Shown here one piece after another: positions 27,022-40,732 of a stretch of DNA of 64,000 bases. The notes under the pieces are model-generated. The model saw only the letters and a list, made by a program, of their open reading frames with translations, searched no databases and had not been told where the DNA came from. Each line of letters begins with the position of its first letter. The stretch's first letter is position 1. This DNA comes from Bugula neritina (taxonomy: Eukaryota > Animalia > Bryozoa), in assembly GCA_964035545.1 (NCBI GenBank), contig OZ037767.1:16089292-16153291 (forward strand), given 5' to 3'. The translations under genes and the position numbers were made by a program.

Positions 27022-30000
27022 GAGTATAGTATCATAGTATTAGAATATATAGTATCATAGTATTAGAGTATATAGTATCATAGTATTAGAGTATATAGTA
27101 TCATAGTATTAGAATATATAGTATCATAGTATTAGAGTATATAGTATCATAGTATTAGAATATATAGTATCATAGTATTAGAATATATAGTATCATAGTA
27201 TTATAATATATAGTATCATAGTATTAGAGTATATAGTATCATAGTATTAGAGTATATAGTAACATAGTATTAGAATATATAGTATCATAGTATTAGAATA
27301 TATAGTATCATAGTATTAGAGTATATAGTATCATAGTATTAGAGTATAGAGTATCATAGTATTAGAATATATAGTATCATAGTATTATAATATATAGTAT
27401 CATAGTATTAGAGTATAGAGTATCATAGTATTAGAATATATAGTATCATAGTATTATAATATATAGTATCATAGTATTAGAATATAGAGTATCATAGTAT
27501 TAGAATATATAGTATCATAGTATTAGAATATATAGTATCATAGTATTAGAGTATATAGTATCATAGTATTAGAGTATAGAGTATCATAGTATTAGAATAT
27601 ATAGTATCATAGTATTATAATATATAGTATCATAGTATTAGAATATATAGTATCATAGTATTAGAATATATAGTATCATAGTATTATAATATATAGTATC
27701 ATAGTATTAGAGTATATAGTATCATAGTATTAGAGTATATAGTATCATAGTATTAGAATATATAGTATCATAGTATTAGAATATATAGTATCATAGTATT
27801 AGAGTATATAGTATCATAGTATTAGAGTATAGAGTATCATAGTATTAGAATATATAGTATCATAGTATTATAATATATAGTATCATAGTATTAGAGTATA
27901 TAGTATCATAGTATTAGAATATATAGTATCATAGTATTAGAATATAGAGTATCATAGTATTAGAGTATATAGTATCATAGTATTAGAATATATAGTATCA
28001 GAGTATTAGAGTATATAGTATCATAGTATTAGAGTATATAGTATTATAGTATTAGAATATATAGTATCATAGTATTAGAATATATAGTATCATAGTATTA
28101 GAATATATAGTATCATAGTATTAGAGTATATAGTATCATAGTATTAGAATATATAGTATCATAGTATTAGAATATATAGTATCATAGTATTAGAGTATAT
28201 AGTATCATAGTATTAGAATATAGAGTATCATAGTATTAGAGTATATAGTATCATAGTATTAGAATATAGAGTATCATAGTATTAGAAATAGAGTATCATA
28301 GTATTAGAGTATATAGTATCATAGTATTAGAATATATAGTATCATAGTATTAGAATACACAGTATCATAGTATTAGAATATATAGTATCATAGTATTAGA
28401 ATATATAGTATCATAGTATTAGAATATAGTATCATAGTATTAGAGTATATAGTATCATAGTATTAGAGTATATAGTATCATAGTATTAGAATATATAGTA
28501 TCATAGTATTAGAATATATAGTATCATAGTATTAGAATATATAGTATCATAGTATTAGAATATAGAGTATCATAGTATTAGAATATATAGTATCATAGTA
28601 TTAGAATATAGAGTATCATAGTATTAGAATATATAGTATCATAGTATTAGAGTATATAGTATCATAGTATTAGAATATATAGTATCATAGTATTAGAGTA
28701 TATAGTATCATAGTATTAGAATATATAGTATCATAGTATTAGAGTATATAGTATCATAGTATTAGAGTATATAGTATCATAGTATTAGAATATATAGTAT
28801 CATAGTATTATAATATATAGTATCATAGTATTAGAGTATATAGTATCATAGTATTAGAATATATAGTATCATAGTATTAGATTATATAGTATCATAGTAT
28901 TAGAGTATATAGTATCATAGTATTAGAGTATATAGTATCATAGTATTAGAATATAGAGTATCATAGTATTAGAATATAGAGTATCATAGTATTAGAATAT
29001 ATAGTATCATAGTATTAGAGTATATAGTATCATAGTATTAGAGTATATAGTATCATAGTATTAGAGTATAGAGTATCATAGTATTAGAATATATAGTATC
29101 ATAGTATTAGAGTATATAGTATCATAGTATTAGAGTATATAGTATCATAGTATTAGAATATATAGTATCATAGTATTAGAATATATAGTATCATAGTATT
29201 AGAGTATATAGTATCATAGTATTAGAATATATAGAGTATCATAGTATTAGAGTATATAGTATCATAGTATTAGAATATATAGTATCATAGTATTAGAATA
29301 TATAGTATCATAGTATTAGAGTATATAGTATCATAGTATTAGAGTATAGAGTATCATAGTATTAGAATATATAGTATCATAGTATTATAATATATAGTAT
29401 CATAGTATTAGAGTATATAGTATCATAGTATTAGAATATATAGTATCATAGTATTAGAATATAGAGTATCATAGTATTAGAGTATATAGTATCATAGTAT
29501 TAGAATATATAGTATCATAGTATTAGAGTATATAGTATCATAGTATTAGAATATAGAGTATCATAGTATTAGAGTATATAGTATCATAGTATTAGAATAT
29601 AGAGTATCATAGTATTAGAAATAGAGTATCATAGTATTAGAGTATATAGTATCATAGTATTAGAATATATAGTATCATAGTATTAGAATACACAGTATCA
29701 TAGTATTAGAATATATAGTATCATAGTATTAGAATATATAGTATCATAGTATTAGAATATAGTATCATAGTATTAGAGTATATAGTATCATAGTATTAGA
29801 GTATATAGTATCATAGTATTAGAATATATAGTATCATAGTATTAGAATATATAGTATCATAGTATTAGAATATATAGTATCATAGTATTAGAATATAGAG
29901 TATCATAGTATTAGAATATATAGTATCATAGTATTAGAATATAGAGTATCATAGTATTAGAATATATAGTATCATAGTATTAGAGTATATAGTATCATAG

Positions 30001-31163
30001 TATTAGAATATATAGTATCATAGTATTAGAGTATATAGTATCATAGTATTAGAATATATAGTATCATAGTATTAGAGTATATAGTATCATAGTATTAGAG
30101 TATATAGTATCATAGTATTAGAATATATAGTATCATAGTATTATAATATATAGTATCATAGTATTAGAGTATATAGTATCATAGTATTAGAATATATAGT
30201 ATCATAGTATTAGATTATATAGTATCATAGTATTAGAGTATATAGTATCATAGTATTAGAGTATATAGTATCATAGTATTAGAATATAGAGTATCATAGT
30301 ATTAGAATATAGAGTATCATAGTATTAGAATATATAGTATCATAGTATTAGAGTATATAGTATCATAGTATTAGAGTATATAGTATCATAGTATTAGAGT
30401 ATAGAGTATCATAGTATTAGAATATATAGTATCATAGTATTAGAGTATATAGTATCATAGTATTAGAGTATATAGTATCATAGTATTAGAATATATAGTA
30501 TCATAGTATTAGAATATATAGTATCATAGTATTAGAGTATATAGTATCATAGTATTAGAATATATAGAGTATCATAGTATTAGAGTATATAGTATCATAG
30601 TATTAGAATATATAGTATCATAGTATTAGAATATATAGTATCATAGTATTAGAATATATAGTATCATAGTATTAGAGTATATAGTATCATAGTATTAGAA
30701 TATATAGTATCATAGTATTAGAGTATATAGTATCATAGTATTAGAGTATATAGTATCATAGTATTAGAGTATATAGTATCATAGTATTAGAGTATATAGT
30801 ATCATAGTATTAGAATATATAGTATCATAGTATTAGAATATATAGTATCATAGTATTAGAGTATATAGTATCATAGTATTAGAGTATATAGTATCATAGT
30901 ATTAGAATATAGAGTATCATAGTATTAGAATATAGAGTATCATAGTATTAGAGTATATAGTATCATAGTATTAGAATATATAGTATCATAGTATTAGAAT
31001 ATATAGTATCATAGTATTAGAATATATAGTATCATAGTATTAGAGTATAGAGTATCATAGTATTAGAATATATAGTATCATAGTATTAGAATATATAGTA
31101 TCATAGTATTAGAATACATAGTATCATAGTATTAGAATATAGAGTATCATAGTATTAGAATAT
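27022..31163. repeat. 4.1-kb intronic satellite, 23-bp unit (tagtatcatagtattagaRtata)
   Basis: About 180 units, running almost from acceptor to donor. Confidence 0.95.
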
Positions 31164-31769
31164 CCACTAGAGTTGCCCCACCTTTCTCAACACCTTGGCC
31201 TGCAAACTCTCAGAGAAAGGGTTGCTGGGATCGATGAAGACAGTAGTGTTCAGCATAGCCTCGGTGAGCTCCGTGGGTTGATAGAACGTCGTATCCACCA
31301 CTGGCGTCATTCTCTGTAACATCAGATCTGATTTCACCATGTCATCCACTCCAGCCGCCATCTCCCCGCTCTCTTCTCTCACGATGTCTAAATCACAACA
31401 CTCATTAGTTACTATAGCTCTCCATCAGGCAGCAAAGATATGTAAACCAAGGCAATGGAAGTCAACTTCACCACTAACCAGTAGGTATAAACTAGAAACT
31501 CACCCAAATGGTGTTCACCCTGTTCGTCGGCAGCACACACAGCTGCGGCAGCGACAGACGTCTGCTGCCCGTCAACCGATGTCAGGTGCTCAGTTGGCTG
31601 ACAATCACTGCACGATCAGAGAAAACTCGAGTAGTCGCGGAGCTTGTGGCACTTTTACTGCTTCCTGTTGTGTTACGACTACTTCCTGTGAGACTACGAG
31701 TGCTGCTGGTGGCGTACGTCTCGTGACTATGTTCAGAGATGGCGCTGAGTAACAAAACAAGTATAGTAA

Positions 31770-32314
31770 TAAGAATAGCACACAGCAGACTAAGAATAGC
31801 ACACAGTAGACTAAGAATAGCACATAAAAGACTAAGAATAGCACATAGTAGACTAAGAATAGCACACAGTAGACTAAGAATAGCACACAGTAGACTAAGA
31901 ATAGCACACAGTAGACTAAGAATAGCACACAGTAGACTAAGAATAGCACACAGTAAACTAAGAATAGCACACAGTAGACTAAGAATAGCACACAGTAGAC
32001 TAAGAATAGCACACAGTAGACTAAGAATAGCAGATAGTAAACTAAGAATAGCACACAATAGACTAAGAATAGCACACAGTAGACCAAGAATAGCACACAG
32101 TAGACTAAGAATAGCACACAGTAGACTAAGAATAGCACACAGTAGACTAAGAATAGCACACAGTAAACTAAGAATAGCACACAGTAGACTAAGAATAGCA
32201 CACAGTAGACCAAGAATAGCACACAGTAGACTAAGAATAGCAGACAGTAGACTAAGCATAGCAGACAGTAGACTAAGAATAGCACACAGTAGACTAAGAA
32301 TAGCACACAGTAGA
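31770..32314. repeat. Intronic 21-bp minisatellite (aagaatagcacacagtagact)
   Basis: About 26 tandem units. Confidence 0.95.
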
Positions 32315-33163
32315 CGCTGACCTGAGATGCTGAGTCATGGCAAAGTCTACGGATGGTCTGGCTGCCGAAGTGCACTTAGGAGCAGCTGCCGTGTTCTTTA
32401 TTGAGCTGACTTCAAATTCCGACAGCGGTGCGGCATCAGAGTTAAACGGAGTGGAGGCCAGTCGGGCTTGCTGGGAGAAGTTGAACTCTGTGTGACACTC
32501 GGTCACCTCCCTGCAAGAAATGGCAGGCGTGAAGAAAACAGCACGCTGTCGACAGCACACACACAGCAGCCTCCAGAAATCTGCTGAGTTAGTGTCTTTT
32601 AATATCCAATACTGGGTGGCTTGAAGAAAAATATTATTGCCATATAGACTGGCTGAACGCCAAAAAAAGAGAGAACATTTAGAGAGAAAAAGAACATGGT
32701 TTATTTGGTGCTCAAAGCTACTGGCTTACTGCAACACTTCTCAGTAACCTCAATTAGTATATAACAAGCCAACTCACAAAAATTGACTTTAAAAAAAAAA
32801 TTTTTAGCTTATGCTTTTACAAAATAACTTGAATGTTCTAATTTAAGTGAAAAGCAGAGACGGCTGGATTAGCTTCAACTCTCTGTGCTAGTCAATGCAA
32901 GAGTGAACATGTGGTGGAGATAACATACTGTTGCAAAGTATCCGTGCTTTGTGGTGGGATTCTTGCAGGCAGATTCTCCTAAAACAGAAGGGAAATGAAG
33001 CTTTAGTTCTGTGGACTTATCTGTTGAGATGAATCATTACGAAACTCAATCTAAACCTTGACTTACAATATAAACTGCATCAGCCTAACAAGCACATGCT
33101 TATATTATACTTCTACAGACTAACATTAATCCAATATGAAAGAGTGTCTCAGGATAGCTGGCA

Positions 33164-33330
33164 GTGTCAAGTGTGACAGGTGTGTCAAGTGTGACAGGTG
33201 TGTCAAGTGTAACAGGTGCGTCAAATGTAACAGGTGTTTAAAGTGTAACAGGTGTGTCAAGTATAACAGATGTCTAAAGTGTGTCAGGGGTGGCAGGTGT
33301 GTCAGGGGTGGCAAGTGTGTCAAGCACAGC
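33164..33330. repeat. Intronic 18-bp minisatellite (gtgtcaagtgtRacaggt)
   Basis: About 9 diverged units. Confidence 0.85.
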
Positions 33331-34007
33331 ATGTGACATGTGAGTAAACTGTGTCAAATGCATCAGATGTGGCAAGTGTTTTAAGTTTAGCAGGGGTGGC
33401 AGATGCGGCAGTGACACACAACAGCCTGTACCTTATCAGAGTAGACTGAGAACGCTGAATGTCGTCCAATGCTGACTTTTGGTGAATGCTGCTCAACATC
33501 AAGTGACGTCTGCTGCGCGGAGGCTGCCTCTACCTGTTGACATCCATGTGAGGGAGAAACAAATCTCTCGAGAGGCGCAATACCCGTATTCGGCTCATCA
33601 ATATAAACTTTGAAGTTAGAAGGTTTGAGGCTTGCGCTAACAGGTTCTTGGTCATCAACATAAACCTGGAAGTTTGATAGCTTTTGAATGGCATTTGCAG
33701 GTTCTTGGAGTTTTTGGTCATCAACATAAACCTGAAAGTTTGATGGCTTTTGAATGGCAGCTGCAGGTTCTTGGAGTCCTGAGTCATCAACATAAACCTG
33801 GAAGTTTGATGGCTTTTGAATGGCAGCAGTAGTTTGCTGCTCGACATCAGCCCTTGCCAAAGCAGATAACCTACAGAGAGTATAAAACAGCTGAGAGAAG
33901 GAGACGCAAAGCCTTTCGAGTTTAAACACAAAGTTCAGTCAATCAACTCCAGTATTTGAGGAGTCAGACAATGACACAGACTAGAGCTAATGCGTCACAC
34001 ACAGCCG

Positions 34008-34296
34008 GGGTGTCACACATTACTCGGGGAGGGGGGCACACATTGCTAATGTGTCACACATAGCCCAGGTGTCACACATTACTAAGGTGTCACACATTGC
34101 TAGAGTGTCACACATTGCTAGAATGTCACACATTGCTAGAATGTCACACATTGCTAGAGTGTCACACATTGCTAGGAGGGTGTCACACATTGCTAGGATG
34201 TCACACATTACTAGAGTGTCACACGTTGCTAGGGTGTCACACTTTACTAAAGGGTCACACATTACTAATGTGTCACACATTGCGGGGGTGTCACAT
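34008..34296. repeat. Intronic 18-bp minisatellite (gtgtcacacattgctaga)
   Basis: About 15 diverged units. Confidence 0.85.
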
Positions 34297-34859
34297 CTCA
34301 TTAGCCTGTGTCTAACTCTCGGGAAGAACTCACCTAGTTGATGGTATTCTATCTATTTGAGAGTTCTGATTGGATGCACTGAATGTTTGGTTGTACAAGT
34401 CGTTCATCAGCCTGTCACAGTCTTGGGTCATTCCAAAAGGTGACATCTACAGCAGACAAAACACAAAAGTAAAATCTGCAGCAAACAAGGTGTCAGCATT
34501 GTCTCAGCTTTTTAGCAGCATCAACTAACTACAAGTCTTGCCCAACTTGAACATAGTGACAACCAGGCTCTGCACCAATATGCAACGGGGGGGGGGGGGA
34601 GGGGGGGCTGAGCAAGCTCACCTTGATGAAGGACTTCTTGGCACAAGATGTGTCTGGTGTGCGGTGTCTCTTTGAGCTCCTTACAAACGACACAGACTTG
34701 GGATCAGGAGTCCTGCAACAGAAAACATGTGTGAAACCAGACGTGAGAGCTAACTGTGAAGAGAGTAACTGAAGGTTGCTGACTAAACTTCCACGTACTT
34801 GTCATCCATCTGCTGAGAATGTGCCTCCTTGTTAGAGCCAGAGCAAGAGAGCTTGGTGT

Positions 34860-35063
34860 CAGTGGTGGATCCAGAGAGCTCAGGGCCAGTGGTGGATCCA
34901 GAGAACTTAGGACCAGTGGTGGACCCAGAGAACTTAGGACCAGTGGTAGATCCAGAGAGCTCAGGGCCAGTGGTGGATCCAGAGAGCCGGTGGCCAGTAG
35001 TGGATCCAGAGAGACTGTGGTCAGTGGTGGATCCAGAGATCCTGTGGTCAGTGGTGGATCCAG
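34860..35063 (-). repeat. Exonic 30-bp repeat encoding (SGSTTGPEL)-type decapeptides in BUB1
   Basis: Seven in-frame units of cagtggtggatccagagag... Confidence 0.85.
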
Positions 35064-35558
35064 ATGGCTTATCACTATAGAGTGCTGCCTGAGCTTTAAT
35101 GGTTTCTTCCAGTATTTGTTTCACTGTTTTAAATCTCAGTTCTACCACCTCATCTCTAAAAGACTTCATACTACAAATAAAACATGTGACACACAACGGA
35201 TAATACGGCACGATACAATTACAGCAATTTATCACACTGGCCCCACTTCCCTGCAATCATTAAATTGACCAGCACTTTGTAGAAGCCAGGAGTAAACAAC
35301 TGCTAACTCGGATATAAAAATAATAATCAATCATCAACCAATAAATGTGTCAGCTAGTAAATGTGTCAGCTAGTAAATGTTTCAACAAGTGAATGTGTCA
35401 GCTAGTAAATAAATCGGCTAAGTAACATCCCAATAACTTTGCTATATAAAAAGGTAAGCAACACATCACTTGGAATCATTGATGAGCAAAACAGTTGATA
35501 GAGTCAACAGCATAATAACAATGAAATGGAGAATTCAGACCCAAGTGGTGAAAGGAAC

Positions 35559-38500
35559 GTGTTTTACAAGAAGCATTACTGCAACTGGATGTGTTCCTCT
35601 CAACTATATTACTATGATTGAACAGCCCAGGCCAGCTAGAGGTCAAAGAGTAGCCTCAACTCATAGTGTTCAGACTATAAGCAACACAACTCACTAAGTG
35701 TCCATCTCTGCACTGAGCTGTGAGCTGAGTTTCTCCTGCACCGAGGTCAGGTGCTGGACAGCCTCAAGTGTTGCTATATTATGTTAACAAAATTCAATTC
35801 ATGTTTCTGTATTTTTATGTGTGAAATTATCATATTAATGGTGTAAGTGTGTGATAGTTGAATTATAATATACAGAAGTTCAAAGTGTACATCTTGTCTA
35901 AAAGTCAAACTGCTGTGTTTTATATGCTTTATGTGCTTTATATGCCTTCAAGTTGAAATGTTTGTTAAGTTTGCAAGTAATTTTTGGATATTTCAATATA
36001 CCTGAGCTATTTTCTCTGCATTTAAACTTGAAGTTCTAACACATGCCAATATAAAAACAGCTCACAACATTTAGTACTGAGTGATTTCAATTACAAATTG
36101 TTAAAAGCATCATTATATTCTGTTTGCCTAAATAGTTATAATTCTCCTACTTTAGCCACAGTTTAAGTAGTTCAAACACTTTCGCCGCCTACTTTCTTTT
36201 AGGAAAACAATTTCCATTATTTCAGCATCAGCTTTCAGTAATATATAATCAGTGAAATTTTCAGCTAAACAAATTAGTCTAGTTAATCTTGCAAGCCAAA
36301 AGAAAGAAAGTGTAGCAATAATTCCGTACCATAATTATTATGTAATAAGATCCACTTTCAGAAGACTCACACCCTTGAAAAGCTGTATAATTACTGACCA
36401 ATCAGAGAGGATTAAAATTTGAGAAACTCAGAAAGCCAAAAATCAAAGGCTGTAGTTAAAGAATTACATAATAGAGTAGCTGTCATCAGCTGGTAATTAC
36501 ATTCCAGTTGTGGGTAATTACTGTACTTGCATGTGAGCTGTATATCCTATGGAATCAGTCTAACTTATACTAAATTTGATCCAGTAAATTTGTTTTTAAA
36601 GTTTAAGTCGCTTTTGCCATCAAAGAATAATGCACCAACTATTTTTAGTTATAGCAAATGAATTCCTGCAAGACTTTATTCTCTCAACGATCTTTTTTAG
36701 CTTTTATTTGTCAGGTTGAAACTTTGGAAATGTTATTGTAAAAGTCTTACACCTATTTGCAAATTTCCAAGTTTTATTTTAAAGAAAACATGCATGGCTA
36801 TAAAATATTATTAATGGCAATATGTGGCACACCATAAAATATTCATTATATAGTCGGACTGATCAAAGCATACCTTAATTCCAAAACAATTTGTTTTTCA
36901 ATAATATAATATATACTATATACATATAAAGCATGTATTTTATGACCATCATTTTAGTCTTCTTGCATATTGTGGCTTCATATATAACTATGAAACTTGA
37001 ACTGTTATAAATATTTTTGTTTGCTGCAAGAAGCATCAAATAAATCAAGTAATTTTCATGTTAATTATTTGCACTGCTTTACTTTCTTTCTACCTTTCTT
37101 TAAATAGAAATATCAGCACCTTTAATAAATATGATGTTTTATTTTACTCTAAATAGTTACTTTACTAATGGCAGTGGGAGACAAAATAACCAACCAGAGT
37201 TATTATATAAATTACTAAAATATAGTTCATTATGGTTTCAGCTGGAATCTTGAACTTTTTCTCTAAAATGCTTGGATAAGACTATTTGCATATTCAAAGG
37301 TTCCTCATCACCACTTGGAGTTTGGTTTTATAAAATATTATAAGAAGTTGGCCTAAGTTTATATAATAACCAATCACATGCATCCGTTACTGCATTTGCT
37401 CAACCTGGTTACTTCTGACGTAAAGGGCTCGTCCCAGGAGGTAGGGTTCTTCCCAGAGTAGTTGACCTAGTATTATGTTGACCAATCAAATTCGAACACA
37501 TCCGATTGTAACTATAAATACAGCAGTGTGTTCTGTTAAGGTTCAGTCTATACAACTTATCTGTGTAACACATCTGAATCTGAACTCTATTCCCCACAAT
37601 GAGTAGCAACAGCACATTTGGTGAGTGGCTATGCATACAGTACTTGGATTTTTCTAATTTATCAGGCAGCATTAAAGAGAATATTCTATCTTGAAATTTG
37701 GGAACTAAATTATATCTGAGATTAATTAAAAACATTTTCATCATTATAGTTAGGAACACTTTTTTATGTTTTCCTGGTTTTAAAATGTAACTATTATTAG
37801 GTTTTAAGTAACTTTAGTTTAGCTTGCAGAGCCTTTAAAACTTATTCTAATCTGATTCTAATCTACAATCTAGTAATACTGCAAATTGATTGTAATATCA
37901 CAGCTAACTCTTTCGGTACAAAGAATTTGTTTAAATTAAAAATACTTGCTTAGTACTAAATTGCAGTGCAATACAATAGTGTAATATGTAGCGGAGTACA
38001 AAATAGGATGCATGAAATTGCATAATACTATATTTTAATTTTAGACATTAAAAAACTCCCTCCAAAGAAGAGATACACGTTAGTATGGAGGAATTTTAAC
38101 ATTCTTCCACCCGCACACATAGCAAGACAATATGTGGAGATAATCCAACCAGAACCATACTATGATTATAATGAGTAAGTACTGCTTTACTGCTGAGTCT
38201 TTTTGTTGCAACCGAAATTCTTAGTCGAACTGCTCTCTGATTACCAGATGAAATTTCTCCATATTGATATTTCTAGCCTAGATCTGTCAGGTTTGTGTTT
38301 GCAGGGCTTAAATTAACAATAAAGGCATATATTTAGATATAGAAATATTCTATGCAATCAGTAGTTCTATTAGATGATGATGTAATTCTAAACTTTGACT
38401 GGCAGAAGAGAAACTGTTATGAGTCTTCATATTAATATCTGAATAACTATTATTTCATTATACTTTTAGAAAGATGACAAGTAACCTCCAAGATGGTGGA

Positions 38501-40200
38501 CTACATACATATTATGTGATAAACTCTGATACTCAGGTGAAAAGGGAGAGCTGAATCTGCCACATGCTGAGGAATTGAATTACTCAGTTTTCTGTATTTT
38601 ATTAACTGATCTACACAAGTTTCTTCAAGTGTAAAGTTAGCTGAAATGTCAAACCAGCATGTCAACATGATATTTTTATTTATATAAATATATAATTACA
38701 TAATATTGTATACAAATATATAATGTACTATATTTTATTTTATTGTATACTATTCGAACTATTAACCTTATTTTATTATCTTGTATGCCAGGCGGGCTGA
38801 AATATAAATGTGACATTAATATATGTGCTTACAAATATATTTTATTTCATCTAATATTAGATTGTAATTTTTATTTCCTGCCAAACAAGCAACTTACGAA
38901 AAATTTGAGTGAAAAAATAAGAGCTAAAAGTCTATTTCTGTAGTAGATTACATAACATTTTAAAGACTGCTGCTTTAACCATATGTAGTAACTGCTTTGA
39001 ATTCAGCAGCCATCAGTCTGTATATATATCTAGTGTTAGCGAAGAATATTTTTAATTTGCATTTATTATTATTTTAACACACCCAGCTAAGACTTTCTCT
39101 ACATTTAACTGTGAAATTATAATTGCAGAATCAACACATGCCAATAGTAGTTATAACTGATAGTTATATTCAATATTTTATATTTTGCTTGCTTAAATAA
39201 TTATAAAGCACTTCTTAGGCCAATAATTTTTTACTGGTTTTATTCAGCAGCAATCAGTCTGTATATCTGGTGCTACCGAATATTTTTAATATGTATTTAT
39301 TATTAGTTTAACACACCCATTCAACTGTGAAATTATAATTGCAAAATCAACACATGCCAATAGTAGTTATAACCACTAGTTATATTCAATATTTTATATT
39401 TTGTTTGCTTAAATTATTATAAAGCTATTCTTTATAGGCCAGTAAATTTTTATTGGATTTATTCAGCTTTAACAGTACAAAAACCATATTTTGTCACTTA
39501 TGCTGCCTATTTCTCTTCTAATAAACAAAAGTTTTGATTATTTTGGCATGGGCATGTTTCTTCAATGTTAAAGGTCTTTCAGGTAAAAGAAATTTAAGAG
39601 TTCAACAGTTTAATTTATTTGCAGGCCAATGAATGAAAATTTCGTAATTACGTATCATAATTATTATGTAATAAAATATGCTCTCAAGAGACTCACATCT
39701 TTGAAAAGCTGTATGATTGCTGGCCAATCTGTGAGGAATAAAAATTGAGAAACTCAGAAAGCTGAAAGTTAAAGCCTGTAAATACAAAGTTACATAATAG
39801 AGTAGCTGGCATTATAGCTGGTAATTACAGTCAGCTTGGTAAGTGCTGTGCATGTGAGCTATGAAATCTGCTCTACTTATACTGAATTTAGTCTCTTGAA
39901 ATAGTTTTCAGAGTTTAGGCTGTTTTCAACACAAAGAATAATGTATTAACCAATCTTAACAGTGTGATGGCTGCAGCAAAAGTCATCAGCTGAAACCATC
40001 ATATTAATAATTGAATTGCTCCTTGCTTTATACATGCATAATATAATTATTATGTAATCTTCTATTTAATCAAATATAACAGAACAAATATAGACTTGTA
40101 TTGTATATTATGTCTATCATATATGAGGTGCGTTTTTAGAAAGGGGGAATTTAATAGTAAGCTTTATGGAAGGGGAGATGACGGTATGACAAAGGCTTGG
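35559..40200. repeat. Segmental duplication block R, copy 2
   Basis: Colinear with 5613-9997, plus an extra ~180-bp local duplication near 39245-39430. Confidence 0.9.
37599..38554 (+). CDS. Unknown 78-aa microprotein, 3 exons (37599-37620, 38045-38174, 38470-38554), copy B
   Basis: Exon lengths identical to copy A (22/130/85 nt), no indels, same start, stop and splice sites. Five amino-acid changes and at least six silent changes. Confidence 0.75.
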
Positions 40201-40732
40201 CATCACTGGGCTAGATGAACCATAAGAACTCTACCCTAGCATCACATCTCTTTGCCATCTTGATCTCAACTTGCCAGTTGGGAAAGTTCAGGACTGACCA
40301 GAGACTCAATGATGTCCTTGAAGATGCTAGTGCTAAAAAGCCCACTTTATATTGTAATGGGATTACGTAGTCTAATAATGGATTCGTCCCCTCCTGTATG
40401 GGAATACTTATAACTATGTTCTACTATCCAATCAGAAGGACCGGAAGGCAAGGTTCCGGTCAAGTGACTGTTCGCGGGTTAGCTAGCAGAAACCATGTGT
40501 TGTTGAGAGCAGGGGCTCGTAGTAGTAACATGTGTTTATAATTGATTGATGTATTGTGGTTTTGATGTAATGTTATAATTATGTTTATCGAGTTAAATAA
40601 AGGTTATCGTACGCAAGCTCTGTTAGTAGTTGCAAGTTAAATTGAAACTAAATACGCAGGCAATCCACGCTTGATAATTGTGCTAAAACTCACAACAGTG
40701 GTGGCAGCGGTGGGATCTTCGCGTATTTCAAG

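Larger units (their letters stand above)
22915..35170 (-). pseudogene. BUB1: BUB1 spindle-checkpoint kinase, 15 visible exons; N-terminal TPR/GLEBS exons absent; one apparent frameshift
   Basis: Exons 35170-34799, 34712-34622, 34446-34334, 33870-33432, 32978-32929, 32510-32322, 31744-31504, 31387-31182, 27009-26895, 26597-26532, 25362-25112, 24993-24875, 23988-23817, 23476-23367, 23080-22915. Motifs: CD1-like MSPFGMTQDCDRLMNDLY, ABBA, KEN, ARLASTPF, LSAISE, LGVGGFA, KAQKPSCPWELYI, IHGDIKPDN, LIDFGRGIDM, CIEMKTQRPWTYQTD. Exon 31744-31504 is blocked in all three frames. Confidence 0.85.

Noticed and set aside
27022-31163. Possible CRISPR-like array
   Set aside because: Head-to-tail 23-bp units with no unique spacers, eukaryotic intron context and no cas genes.
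40699-40716. tRNA-Leu gene fragment (also 58437-58456)
   Set aside because: Only the 18-20-nt complement next to an LTR, which is a primer-binding site.
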